Source: Nitrospira sp. (GTDB taxonomy: Bacteria; Nitrospirota; Nitrospiria; Nitrospirales; Nitrospiraceae). Taken from it: a stretch of DNA of 64,000 bases. The number at the start of each line of letters is the position of its first letter. The stretch's first letter is position 1. Location of the stretch: positions 2,752,001 to 2,816,000 of the forward strand of contig AP038806.1 in NCBI GenBank assembly GCA_047150005.1. The letters are read 5' to 3'. A program made the translations under genes and the position numbers. The notes beneath the pieces are model-generated. The model searched no databases. It saw only the letters and a program-made list of their open reading frames with translations, and was not told where the DNA came from. Shown in pieces: positions 29,569 through 39,200 of the stretch.

Positions 29569-31080
29569 TTACACCTTGTCCCAATCCGGATGTTCCTTTC
29601 TCGCGCAGGTCGTACAAATGGTATGGGAGAACTGCGCTTCCGAATGCCCTTGAAATAACTGTTCGAGCTCATGCCATTCCCCCTGACTGTCTCGAATCTT
29701 CTTGCAGGACGCGCAAATCGGCACTAACCCGCGGATGGGATTGCTCCCGGATGCGGATTGCAATTCCGCGACGAGCCTCGCCGTTTCCTCCGCGAGCTGT
29801 TTGCGCTCGACGAAATGTCCCACCTTGATGCCGATGTCCGCAAAGGTATGCAACAGCCCGTTATCGGGGGGCCGAATTTCACGGGAGAAGAATTCAATCA
29901 CTCCCAGAACACCCTCGGCGCCTTTGATCGGGAACCCGAATGCGGCGTGCAAGCCGGCCGTTTGCGCCAGCGCCAGTCGTGGAAAATTCTCGTCCTTCTC
30001 CAAGTTCATGATCCAATTCGGTTCACCGCTGGCAAAGACGCGGCCCGGCAATCCGATTCCGGATTCGAAGATCGCCGTGCGACTTGCTTGGAGGAATTCC
30101 TCGATGTGCGGCGGAGCCGAATCCTGCCACACCGTCGCGCAGCGCAATGTCCCGGTTCGTTTGGTCGGCACCCAGATGAGACCGGCCTCCCAGTCCGTGA
30201 GATGGCCGATGGCCTGCAGGAGTTGCGCTCCCGCTTGTTCGATCGTATCCGCTTCCATGAGGACCTGACTGATGGCCAATTGCACAGCCTGCCGGGTTTC
30301 CATCCGTTTCCGGTCCGTGATATCCCGCAGGAATGCGCTGAAGAACCGGCGGCCTTTCGTTTGCCACGACGCGAGTGAGAGCTCCAACGGAAATTCTCTG
30401 TTGGTTTTGCGGAGCCCGTGCAACTCAATCGTCGTTCCAAGTATTCGAGGTTCGCCCGTTTCGCACAGCCGCCGCAGACCCCGTTCATGGGCATCCCGGT
30501 ACCGTTTAGGCATGATCGTCGTCAGTGGAAGACCGAGGGCTTCTTCCTCTCGGTATCCGAACGTTTTCGTGGCGCCGGCATTCCAGTAGACGATGTTCCC
30601 TTCCGCATCAGCCAGGATCAGCGCATCGGGAGTCGATTGCACGACTGAGGTGAGCCGGGCCTCGATATCCGTGAGGCTCTCCTGGGCGTGTTTGTACTTG
30701 ACCTCTTGGCGCGCAATGTACAGGCACGCGGTCCCAAACAACACGAGCAGGATCAGATTGAAAACAAACTGTGATGCCACAACGAACGGAGACGGATCAT
30801 CGAGACCGGAGAAGGCAACGGGATGGGCCCACTGTTCGAGCGCCGTAAGACCGAGAACGAGCCCCGTGACCACCAGCACGGCCCGGCCCCCTCCCCACCA
30901 GAGCGCCGAAATGATCGCGACAGGATAGAGCAACACTCCCACGTGAAGTCGGGGGGTCAGGAAGAGATCGATGACGGCGATGCCTGCAAGCAGAAATCCG
31001 GTGAGCAGCCTGGGGAACAGAGGCCGCGGCATCACGGCCGTCTTGACCAAGAGCTGTTTCAGGTTCGGCCAAGGGTCCAT
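29569..31080 (-). CDS. Membrane PAS+GAF sensor with C-terminal Cys/His tail and no kinase domain
   Basis: About 4 TM segments; PAS (WNAGA..FGY...DITDRK); GAF (GLPGRV...NFPR); tail PICASCKKIRD...SHTICTTC. Confidence 0.85.
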   Translation of the reverse strand: MDPWPNLKQLLVKTAVMPRPLFPRLLTGFLLAGIAVIDLFLTPRLHVGVLLYPVAIISALWWGGGRAVLVVTGLVLGLTALEQWAHPVAFSGLDDPSPFVVASQFVFNLILLVLFGTACLYIARQEVKYKHAQESLTDIEARLTSVVQSTPDALILADAEGNIVYWNAGATKTFGYREEEALGLPLTTIMPKRYRDAHERGLRRLCETGEPRILGTTIELHGLRKTNREFPLELSLASWQTKGRRFFSAFLRDITDRKRMETRQAVQLAISQVLMEADTIEQAGAQLLQAIGHLTDWEAGLIWVPTKRTGTLRCATVWQDSAPPHIEEFLQASRTAIFESGIGLPGRVFASGEPNWIMNLEKDENFPRLALAQTAGLHAAFGFPIKGAEGVLGVIEFFSREIRPPDNGLLHTFADIGIKVGHFVERKQLAEETARLVAELQSASGSNPIRGLVPICASCKKIRDSQGEWHELEQLFQGHSEAQFSHTICTTCARKEHPDWDKV

Positions 31081-31259
31081 ACCTGACCTTGCATCCCGGC
31101 ATGATGTCGGGAGGGTCGGGACGAATGAGTCACCTGCATCCCGCGCAGATCACATGAGAGCGCGAAATCGGCGCGGATATTCTGTCTCGCAGTCGACCCG
31201 TCCAATAGGGGTGACATTATCACCGGGTGGGCTGTTCATGTAAACCCTCACAAACAAGG

Positions 31260-31281
31260 TATCCCCTCATTTGAGGGGATA
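31260..31281. promoter_or_regulatory. Palindromic operator (perfect arms)
   Basis: TATCCCCTCA-TT-TGAGGGGATA between divergent genes. Confidence 0.75.
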
Positions 31282-31371
31282 GTGACATGTCTCAATCGTG
31301 TGGTACTGACTTTCGCGTTCCGGGCAGAGGGCGAAGACCGGCTGAGAAACCTGAACAAGGAGGAAGGCATC

Positions 31372-31776
31372 ATGAGTGTCGGCAGAGTGCTGATTGTGGA
31401 CGACGAAGCCGATATCAGAAAGTCGGTGCGTCTGATCTTGTCGAAGGCAGGGTACGACGTCATCGAAGCTGAAGACGGCGCAGCAGGTGTCAATACCGTG
31501 AAGTCCGGCGACAATCCTCTCTCGCTCAACGCGATCATTTGTGATCTGAACATGCCCAAGATGGGCGGCATGGAAGCGATTCCCTATTTCCGCTCGCAGT
31601 TTCCTTCCTGCCCCGTGATTGTGTTGACCGGAGCCGGCACGGTCGATCGGGCCACCACGCTCTTTAAACAGGGCGTCATCGAGTTTCTGAGCAAGCCCAT
31701 CGATCGAGACAAATTATTGTCGGCAGTCAAGAAGGCGGTCGACATGGGAGGATGGAAAGATTCCTTCTCCGTGTGA
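31372..31776 (+). CDS. Stand-alone response regulator receiver (paralog 3)
   Basis: VLIVDDE, CDLNMPKMGG, PVIVLTG, FLSKP; AGGAGG RBS. Confidence 0.92.
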   Translation: MSVGRVLIVDDEADIRKSVRLILSKAGYDVIEAEDGAAGVNTVKSGDNPLSLNAIICDLNMPKMGGMEAIPYFRSQFPSCPVIVLTGAGTVDRATTLFKQGVIEFLSKPIDRDKLLSAVKKAVDMGGWKDSFSV

Positions 31777-31838
31777 TGGTGAGAGCGGATGCCGACACGA
31801 CTGCGATATACCGCTGGGCATGACTCGCGTTTCTCCGC

Positions 31839-32975
31839 TCACTTCGCTAGATAGACACTGAGATCTTTGTTCATGTCGTACATCTTCCGCGACACGGCGG
31901 CAAGACAGATGGCGTTGTTCTTCCCCTCAAGCTGGTCGCAGACGCGTACCGCGCTGTGCGGGAAAAACTTCGCAATCCGCTCCATGGCGCCATCGATACA
32001 GACGAACTCCTCCAGCGTGCCCAGACCCAGACAGACGGAGCGGACGCTGATCCTTCCGCCTATGAGCATCAGCATGTGAGCGTTGCCGAGCCCGTGAAAG
32101 CAGCCGCGCCGCACCGGGTCCGTGAGGGAAGAGCAAAGCGCCCTGAGTTCTTCCGTCGTCTTACCCGCCTGGTAGTGCCTTCGGACTACATGCACCATCT
32201 TGTAGCGGGCGCATGCAGCCGGATAAATGTATTGATCGCAGGGATAAAGGAGGCTTTTCGTCGTGGCGTCCTGTGGGTCCCGCTCCGTCACGTATTCCAT
32301 GTAGGCGCCGGTCGCGCAGTAGTATGCCATGGCCTGATTGTCGTTCCCCTGGCAGGCCTTGAGGGCTTCCGGAATCTCGTATCCCGCCAGGTTCATGAGC
32401 GCGTGGCCGACGCCGTGCGCGCAGTCGCCGGGCGAATAAGACGCGGTCATCACGAGATTGCCCTGACAGAGGTCCTTGATCGCCGGTCCGAGGATGGCCG
32501 AATCCATGTGATGGGGAGATGCTCTGCCGATGGTCGTGAAGGCTTCCATCAGGACGCCGTGCATGCATCCCGAGTTACACCGATCCGCGCAGACGCGTAG
32601 GCCGATGCCAACGTCGCGGACGCGCGCGAAGATGACTTTCCCGAGGTCATGCGCCTCGGAATGGCACTTCGGCCAGAGGCTCTTGATGCTGTCCAATGCT
32701 CCGTTGGCGCCGATTACCGGCAGGAAGATCTCGACGAGTTGCCTGTTATTCTTCCCGACCCGAGAGAGCGCCCGGATGAATTCCGCCCGCTGCTTCTGGG
32801 TGCCGCCTGGGTCAACGAAGAGCGGGTGCTGGAACGCCGCCGTCTCCTCCTCTGCGCCACCCATTTCTTCAGCAACAGGAGGCTCCATTGCCAGGCCCTG
32901 GGATGAAGAACACAGAAGGAGGAGGACCGAAAGCGAACGTCGCATACATGAGAACATAGGTTGCGGTCCGCTCAT
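31839..32975 (-). CDS. Exported Cys/His-rich repeat protein of unknown function
   Basis: Signal peptide; CHSEAHDLG, CMHGV, CAHGVGH, CATGAYME, CFHGLG, CIDGAME; ATGA overlap with upstream kinase. Confidence 0.75.
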   Translation of the reverse strand: MSGPQPMFSCMRRSLSVLLLLCSSSQGLAMEPPVAEEMGGAEEETAAFQHPLFVDPGGTQKQRAEFIRALSRVGKNNRQLVEIFLPVIGANGALDSIKSLWPKCHSEAHDLGKVIFARVRDVGIGLRVCADRCNSGCMHGVLMEAFTTIGRASPHHMDSAILGPAIKDLCQGNLVMTASYSPGDCAHGVGHALMNLAGYEIPEALKACQGNDNQAMAYYCATGAYMEYVTERDPQDATTKSLLYPCDQYIYPAACARYKMVHVVRRHYQAGKTTEELRALCSSLTDPVRRGCFHGLGNAHMLMLIGGRISVRSVCLGLGTLEEFVCIDGAMERIAKFFPHSAVRVCDQLEGKNNAICLAAVSRKMYDMNKDLSVYLAK

Positions 32976-34303
32976 GGGCGAGCGTGTGCGGTCATGGGGT
33001 CGAGGGGAAACCGGAGATAGAACGTCGTGCCCACGTTGGGTTCACTCTCCACCCAGATCTTTCCCTTGTGAGCACTGACGACATCTTTGACGATCTTCGT
33101 GCCGAGACCGGTCCCGCCTTTCTTGGTACTGATCGCGTGGGCAGAGAACAGGCGCTCACGGATCTCCGGTAGCATGCCACGCCCTGTGTCGGCAACGGAG
33201 ATTTCAATCCCTTCCTTGTCCTGAGTCAGACAACCACGCACTGTGATCGAGCCGCCCGGCGGAGTTTCAGGAATCGCATTGTTCACCAGATTGTAGAAGG
33301 CGTTATAGAGCCGGCGCTCGTCCGCATGGATCACAGGCAGGGACTTGAGCCCATCGGTCTGTAACACAATCTGTTTTTCCTTCGCCAAGACCAGCAATGT
33401 CTGGAATACCTCTCGGACAACGGCATCCAAACGGCAGGGCGCAAAGTCGGGAGGCGAATTCAAGCCCTTCACGCAGTCGGCCATTTCCTTGACGCGGTCG
33501 TGCAGCCGCCGAATTCCGTTTTGAGCGATCTCCGCCGATTCGTCACAGATCTTCTTGTCGGTCTCGTGCTGAGTCAGCTCAGACATGCTCATGGCGCCGA
33601 ACAGGTCCTTCGTGACGTCCCGCAGCAATTCCATGCCCGTCTGAACCGGCGTCAGCAAATTCTTCAAATCGTGGCCGATATCGCCGAGGAGCGTGACGAC
33701 CTCGGCCTTCCTCGCGTCCTCGAATTGCTTCGCCTGCTGAATGGCCAGCGCGGCAAAGGCGGACACGATGGTCAGGAGTTCCAGATCCTGGTCGTTCGGC
33801 CGGCCTGTCCGTTTATTCAGCACGTTCAGGACGCCGATCGGCGCTCCTCCCCAACGTCGAAGCGGAACCGTGATCATGTCTCGCGTGACGAACCCGGTGT
33901 CCTGATCGATCTGCCGATAGTGGCCGGCGTTGTGACCGACCTCATGTGTAATGCGCGGTTCGCCCGATTGGAACACGGCGCCCGAAATGCCCTGATCCCA
34001 CGCAATCGCCGTCCCCCGCGGAACCGGTTTCGCGCCGATCGAATACTGAAACACCAGTTGCCGCGCTTCTGCGTCGGCTAAAAGAATTGAGCCTGCTTCC
34101 GCCCCGACTTCATCCAGTGCGGTGCGCAGCGTGGTTTCGACCAGCTGATCCAGATCGATCGTGTGGAAGAGCGCTTGGCTGATCCGTTGCACCGCGGCCA
34201 ATTCAGTTTTGTAGTGGATGAGTTCGGAAAGATCGGGTCCAAGTGGGCCGGCCTGGTGGGGTGCTCTAGGCTGCTCGCTGTCGGATCCGGGCGGATGTGT
34301 CAT
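32972..34303 (-). CDS. Cytoplasmic GAF-domain sensor histidine kinase (copy B)
   Basis: GAF (IDQDTG...MITVPL...VLNK); GHDLKN; NLVNNA, DTGRGM, GGTGLG; paralog of copy A. Confidence 0.92.
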   Translation of the reverse strand: MTHPPGSDSEQPRAPHQAGPLGPDLSELIHYKTELAAVQRISQALFHTIDLDQLVETTLRTALDEVGAEAGSILLADAEARQLVFQYSIGAKPVPRGTAIAWDQGISGAVFQSGEPRITHEVGHNAGHYRQIDQDTGFVTRDMITVPLRRWGGAPIGVLNVLNKRTGRPNDQDLELLTIVSAFAALAIQQAKQFEDARKAEVVTLLGDIGHDLKNLLTPVQTGMELLRDVTKDLFGAMSMSELTQHETDKKICDESAEIAQNGIRRLHDRVKEMADCVKGLNSPPDFAPCRLDAVVREVFQTLLVLAKEKQIVLQTDGLKSLPVIHADERRLYNAFYNLVNNAIPETPPGGSITVRGCLTQDKEGIEISVADTGRGMLPEIRERLFSAHAISTKKGGTGLGTKIVKDVVSAHKGKIWVESEPNVGTTFYLRFPLDPMTAHARP

Positions 34304-34392
34304 AGACAGCTCCTTATGCGTGCCTCGAACCCATCTTCGTCGAGTGGCGCATAGGAGTGACGCATTGTAAGGACATGCAGCCTCAAAAGCAG

Positions 34393-34567
34393 TCCCCTCA
34401 TTCGTGGGGAGCCTCAAGTGTAGGGATTTGAGGCTTTGACGAAGCTTCCACTCGAGGTTTCCCGGTCAAGACCACCCGCTCGACCGCCTATCCCCCGTCG
34501 GCAGCAAGCGGCGGCGCACCAGGAACAGATTCGCGAGTGCGGATACTCCCCTCATTCGTGGGGAGCC
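34393..34567. promoter_or_regulatory. Two identical operator copies in the divergent promoter region
   Basis: TCCCCTCATTCGTGGGGAGCC at 34393-34413 and 34547-34567. Confidence 0.75.
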
Positions 34568-34659
34568 CCGTCTGTGGGGATTGTCTGGGAATAAGATAAG
34601 GGGCATAAAACGGCGCGGGAAGCTGCTTTTGCGTATTGTGGATCAATAAGGAGGTCGTG

Positions 34660-36033
34660 ATGAAAAAGCTAGGTGGGCTAGTGTGTCTATGCAGCATCTT
34701 GCTCGTTGGAACGATGTTGGTGCCGATTCTTTCTGAGGCGGCCCCCTCACTCACGATAAACAACACTGGCGGCACCGGTAGTACAACTCTCACAGTAGGG
34801 AATGGCTTGGAACTGAACGGAGCGAACTGCCTCGGTGGTGATGGTGTGACTCACTGTTACACGATCACCGGTACCGCCGGTACGGGCCGGACCATCAACG
34901 ACTGGAAGCTGGCCGACGTTTCTTCAACAAACAGGGCCAGAATTTTGATCAACGATAAGAACACAAGTGGCGCTGTGGATTCCGTGAAATTAACCGGTAT
35001 TAAGATAACCCCGGTGCTCACTGGCACGACGAGTGTGAGCATAGTCATTAACAATACTTTCAATGTTACCACTCCACAAGGCCTTCCAAGGGGTAATCTT
35101 GTATGGGGCATGTCACAGAACGGGTATTTCGATCCTCTTTCTACTACTGACTCCGCGAACGGTAATAGGCTGATAAACAATGCCGATGCAACTGTCACTC
35201 CGTTTGTGAACTTGGGGAAGATAGATACCGGGGTAATCGCAAATGCCCTTACCAATGTCAATAAATCCGTGACTTCGACCTTGAGTGCTACTACACGCTA
35301 TGTTGATTGCAATACCAACGCCAGTGGAAGATGCATTCCAAGTGTCACGGCAAAGTACTCAATCAGCATTACCGGTGGAGACACGTTGGTCCTGAACGAC
35401 AGCTTCATCGCCGCGTTTGGAACCTGTCGCGAGAACGACGATCCTCCCCCGAACGATTCTACCGATCCTACGTCTCCTCCTACCACCGTCCCCAACGGCC
35501 CTCCTGACCCACTTCCGCCTGGTCCGGTCTGTAAGGGAATGGAGAGTAAGGTGAACACCGAACTTAATAATGACGTGAAGGATGCATTGAAAGCCGCGAA
35601 GGCGGCTGGCGCGACGCCGGCGGAAAAGTGCACGAGCGCGTGCGGCAATGGCACCGTCGTAATCATCAAGCAGGTGGATTCGGGCGACCCCGACGGCACG
35701 TTCGGCTTCACGGCAAACGGTGACGATATACCTGGCGCTTTCGATATCACCACCAGTGGGGGGGTAGGGAGTCAGACCTTCCTCAAGGTCTCCACAGGCC
35801 CGCTCGCTGGTGCGCGGACGATTACTGAAAGCGTTGTGCCACTGCTTCCCGATCCAGGTGATTTCTGGGATCTATATGATATCTCATGCTCAAACACGGG
35901 TGGAGAAAATTCTACGATGTACACCCTTAATCGTGATGATGGAGAATCGCTGATCGGTGTTACGATCAACAACCTGGATGATAACGACACCTTGAGTTGT
36001 ACCTTCAGCAACCGCGTCGCTGGCGTTGACTGA
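34660..36033 (+). CDS. Secreted Thr/Gly/Asn-rich protein with Pro-rich linker and C-terminal prealbumin/Cna-B-like domain
   Basis: AAGGAGG RBS; signal peptide ending SEA-A; GTVVIIKQ...FGFT...ITE...WDL..ISC...CTFSN. Confidence 0.75.
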   Translation: MKKLGGLVCLCSILLVGTMLVPILSEAAPSLTINNTGGTGSTTLTVGNGLELNGANCLGGDGVTHCYTITGTAGTGRTINDWKLADVSSTNRARILINDKNTSGAVDSVKLTGIKITPVLTGTTSVSIVINNTFNVTTPQGLPRGNLVWGMSQNGYFDPLSTTDSANGNRLINNADATVTPFVNLGKIDTGVIANALTNVNKSVTSTLSATTRYVDCNTNASGRCIPSVTAKYSISITGGDTLVLNDSFIAAFGTCRENDDPPPNDSTDPTSPPTTVPNGPPDPLPPGPVCKGMESKVNTELNNDVKDALKAAKAAGATPAEKCTSACGNGTVVIIKQVDSGDPDGTFGFTANGDDIPGAFDITTSGGVGSQTFLKVSTGPLAGARTITESVVPLLPDPGDFWDLYDISCSNTGGENSTMYTLNRDDGESLIGVTINNLDDNDTLSCTFSNRVAGVD

Positions 36034-36091
36034 AGGCTAAGTTGGTATTGCCGAATGCTCTTGCCTGGTGAAACCGTCTGGCCGCCATCTC

Positions 36092-36126
36092 AACCGGACT
36101 CTTCGCTTTCGGCGAAGAGTCCGGTT
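36092..36126 (+). terminator. Perfect 15-bp-stem hairpin (terminator or mRNA-stabilising element)
   Basis: aaccggactcttcgc-tttcg-gcgaagagtccggtt; only a weak U tract. Confidence 0.6.
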
Positions 36127-36212
36127 CGATCTCAAGGCGAGTGTTTTGCGTTCCGTTGGGAAGGAACGGCAGATTCTTGGACTGCTCCGCTCTTTCATGA
36201 ACGGGAGGAGAT

Positions 36213-39200
36213 ATGGATGCCATCACCACGGGCCAGGCGGTTTCTATAAGGCAGGCCTTTCGATTCGCCCTTCTCCCGATACTCGCGCTGTTCTTGATTG
36301 CGCCGTCAAGTGGCCATGCGCAGGTTCCGACAAACATCACTCCGACAACCGGCGCAGGTAATCTCGGAACCTCGGTCAATCAGGTCGGCAATTCCTTCAA
36401 CATTACCGGAGGGACGAGACCGGGCGGTGGACCAAATTTATTTCATAGCTTCGCGAACTTCAGTGTCGGAGTTGGTGACGTGGGCAACTTCTTGAATACC
36501 ACTCCCAATATAGCGACCTCCAATATCCTTGGCCGGGTGACGGGCGGAAACATCTCGAACATCTTTGGCACGATTCAAACTGCCAGCTATCCAAACGCCA
36601 ATCTGTTTCTGATGAATCCATCCGGCTTTGTCTTTGGACCGACAGCCTCGCTGAATGTCGGTGGTTCAGTCAGTTTCACCACCGCACAGTACATTCGTTT
36701 GATGGACGCGTTGGGGACGAGTGCAAACTTTTACGCCAACCCAGCTAGTGACGGCTTGGCCAACAGCATTCTCACGATCAACGCTTCGGCGTTTGAATTT
36801 CTTTCGGCGTCACCGGCTGCCTATGGGTTTTTGAGCGCGCCTGATCCGAATGCAACGATCACGGTCCAGGGGAGCGCCTTGTCCGTTCCCTCAGGTCAAT
36901 CGATCTCTATCGTTGGTGGCGATATCTTGATTCAAGCCGGCTCACTCGACAATGGGACTCCTCAGGCGGCAATACTCTCGGCCCCCAGCGGGCGCATCAA
37001 CTTGGCCAGTGTGGCATCCGCCGGGGAGGTCCTTTACCCGAACCTGCAGTTTGGCCTGAACGTCAGCGGCGGAAATATTGCCATCTCACAAGGAGCGATC
37101 CTTGACGTCAGCGGTAGTGAAAATGTCGGTTCGGGAGTCGTAGTGATCCGCGGTGGCCAACTGACAATCGATCAATCGTCGATCATCGCGAACACTGTGG
37201 ACGGAGATGCGGCGAATCCTGGGATCGATATTCAAGTCTCAGAGAATCTCTCGCTCATTAACGGCACGATGATCAGCTCTTCCACGTCTGGGGCAGGCCG
37301 CAGCGCTGATATAGCAATCGTTGCAGGGACTGCCCAGATGGATGGTGCTCTTATCACCAGTGGGACTACTGGAAACGGCAATGGAGGGAATATCACGCTC
37401 GATGCGACGACACTAACGCTTACCAATGGAGGGACCATTTTCAGCTCAGCCTTTGGGCTGGGCGGTGGAGGGAAATTAGAGCTTAACGCAGGCAAGCTGA
37501 CCATGGACACTGGCGCGCAGATCGTGACGGCAAATGGGGACGGTGTTGGAGGAGATATAGTTCTAAACGTGGGAACGGCAAGTTTCATGGGTGGTTCCTC
37601 AATCCTGAGCCAGAGTCAGAGTCCCACGGCGTCAGGTCATGGCGGGAATGTGACTATCCGAGGGTTGCAAGGATCGGGCAGCGCGGCGGAGTCGGTTGGA
37701 TTCTCGGGCGACAGCTTCTTGTCGAGTGAGTCACAGCTAACCGGTGGTGGGGGTGCAGTGACCATCACTTCCAACTCGTTGAAGATGGATGGATCCTCTA
37801 CCCTCATTAAGTCGTCGGCAAATGATGTGGGTAGTGGAGGAAACATCGAACTGAACGTCCAGCACGCCAATCTCTCAGGCGGCGCGACCATTCAAGCTTT
37901 TACCGGTAGTGGGGAGCTCAATGCTCAACCGGGCCCCACGCTCACAATCCATGGAGTGCAGGCAGGAAGCAAGGCGGAGTCTGTGGTCCTATCAGGATCC
38001 GGCTCCGGCCTCATCTCCGATAGCTTCGGCACCATCACGGCACGTGCTGGGGATGTGGCGGTCCATGCCAAGACAATCAGCTTGACTGACGGGGCCGTGA
38101 TCCGAGCCGGAACTCCGAGCACCTCATCGGCCGGCGGAAATGTGACTCTCGATGCCAACTCGGTCGATATCTCCAGCGGAAGCCTCCTTTCAAGCCAGTC
38201 AAGCCAATTAGATGCCGGTAAGGTAACCATCACGACAAAAACGCTTACTCTAAACAATGCTTCCATCACGACCCAGAGTACCAGCGAAGGAAAAGGCGGT
38301 GACGTGGTGTTGCAGGTAGGAAGTGCGAGCCTCTCAAATGGAGCCACGATTAATAGCAGCACCACTGGGACGGGCCGAGCAGGCGATGTTCTGATCACTG
38401 CAGGTCAGTCGGTTACCTTAGACAGCAGTTCGAGCATTTCGGCAAACACGATAGGGCAAGGCAATGCAGGCAATGTGCAGATAAATGCTGGAACAGTCAC
38501 GGTGGCAAACGGGAGCCAAATTAATACATCCGCGAGCATCCCTGAAGGCTTCTCTGGTCAACCAAGCGATCTGACCGGTAATGCAGGGAGTATTGAAATC
38601 ACGACCACCGGCGGTTCGGTTGTCGTTTCCAATGGTGGAACGATAGCGAGTTCGTCACAAACGGGTGGCAACGCCGGTCAGGTAATTGTCACGACGCCCT
38701 CCTTGACGCTGGACCACGGCAGCATCACGACCAACACAAGCGGCAGCGGCAATGCGGGCAGCATCACAGCAAACGTGGGCTCGCTGGCGCTCACGAACGG
38801 GGCGGAGATTTCCAGTAACAGCACGGGGACAGCGACTGGAGCCGCTGGCAGCGTGACGATTCAAGGGGTGGCTTCGCCGGCCAATGCCGTGACGGTGACA
38901 GATAGTTCGATTTTGACCAGTGCTTCGAATACAGGGCAAGGCGGCAGCATTACTGTGGATGCCACGAATCTCTCGCTGAACAACGCGACGATGTCGGCGT
39001 CAGTGAACAACTTTGATCACTCGCCAGGCTCGTCAGATAGTGCCACGACTGGGCTCGCCAATATAAACCTGACCGCCTCCACTATGACTATGACAGGCAG
39101 TACGATCACAACCCAGTCGTCTGGTTTGCGCAACGCCGGCGATGTCCTGATCAACCCCAATGTGCCCGGTAGCAGTCTTGAGATGCAGAACAGCACGATC

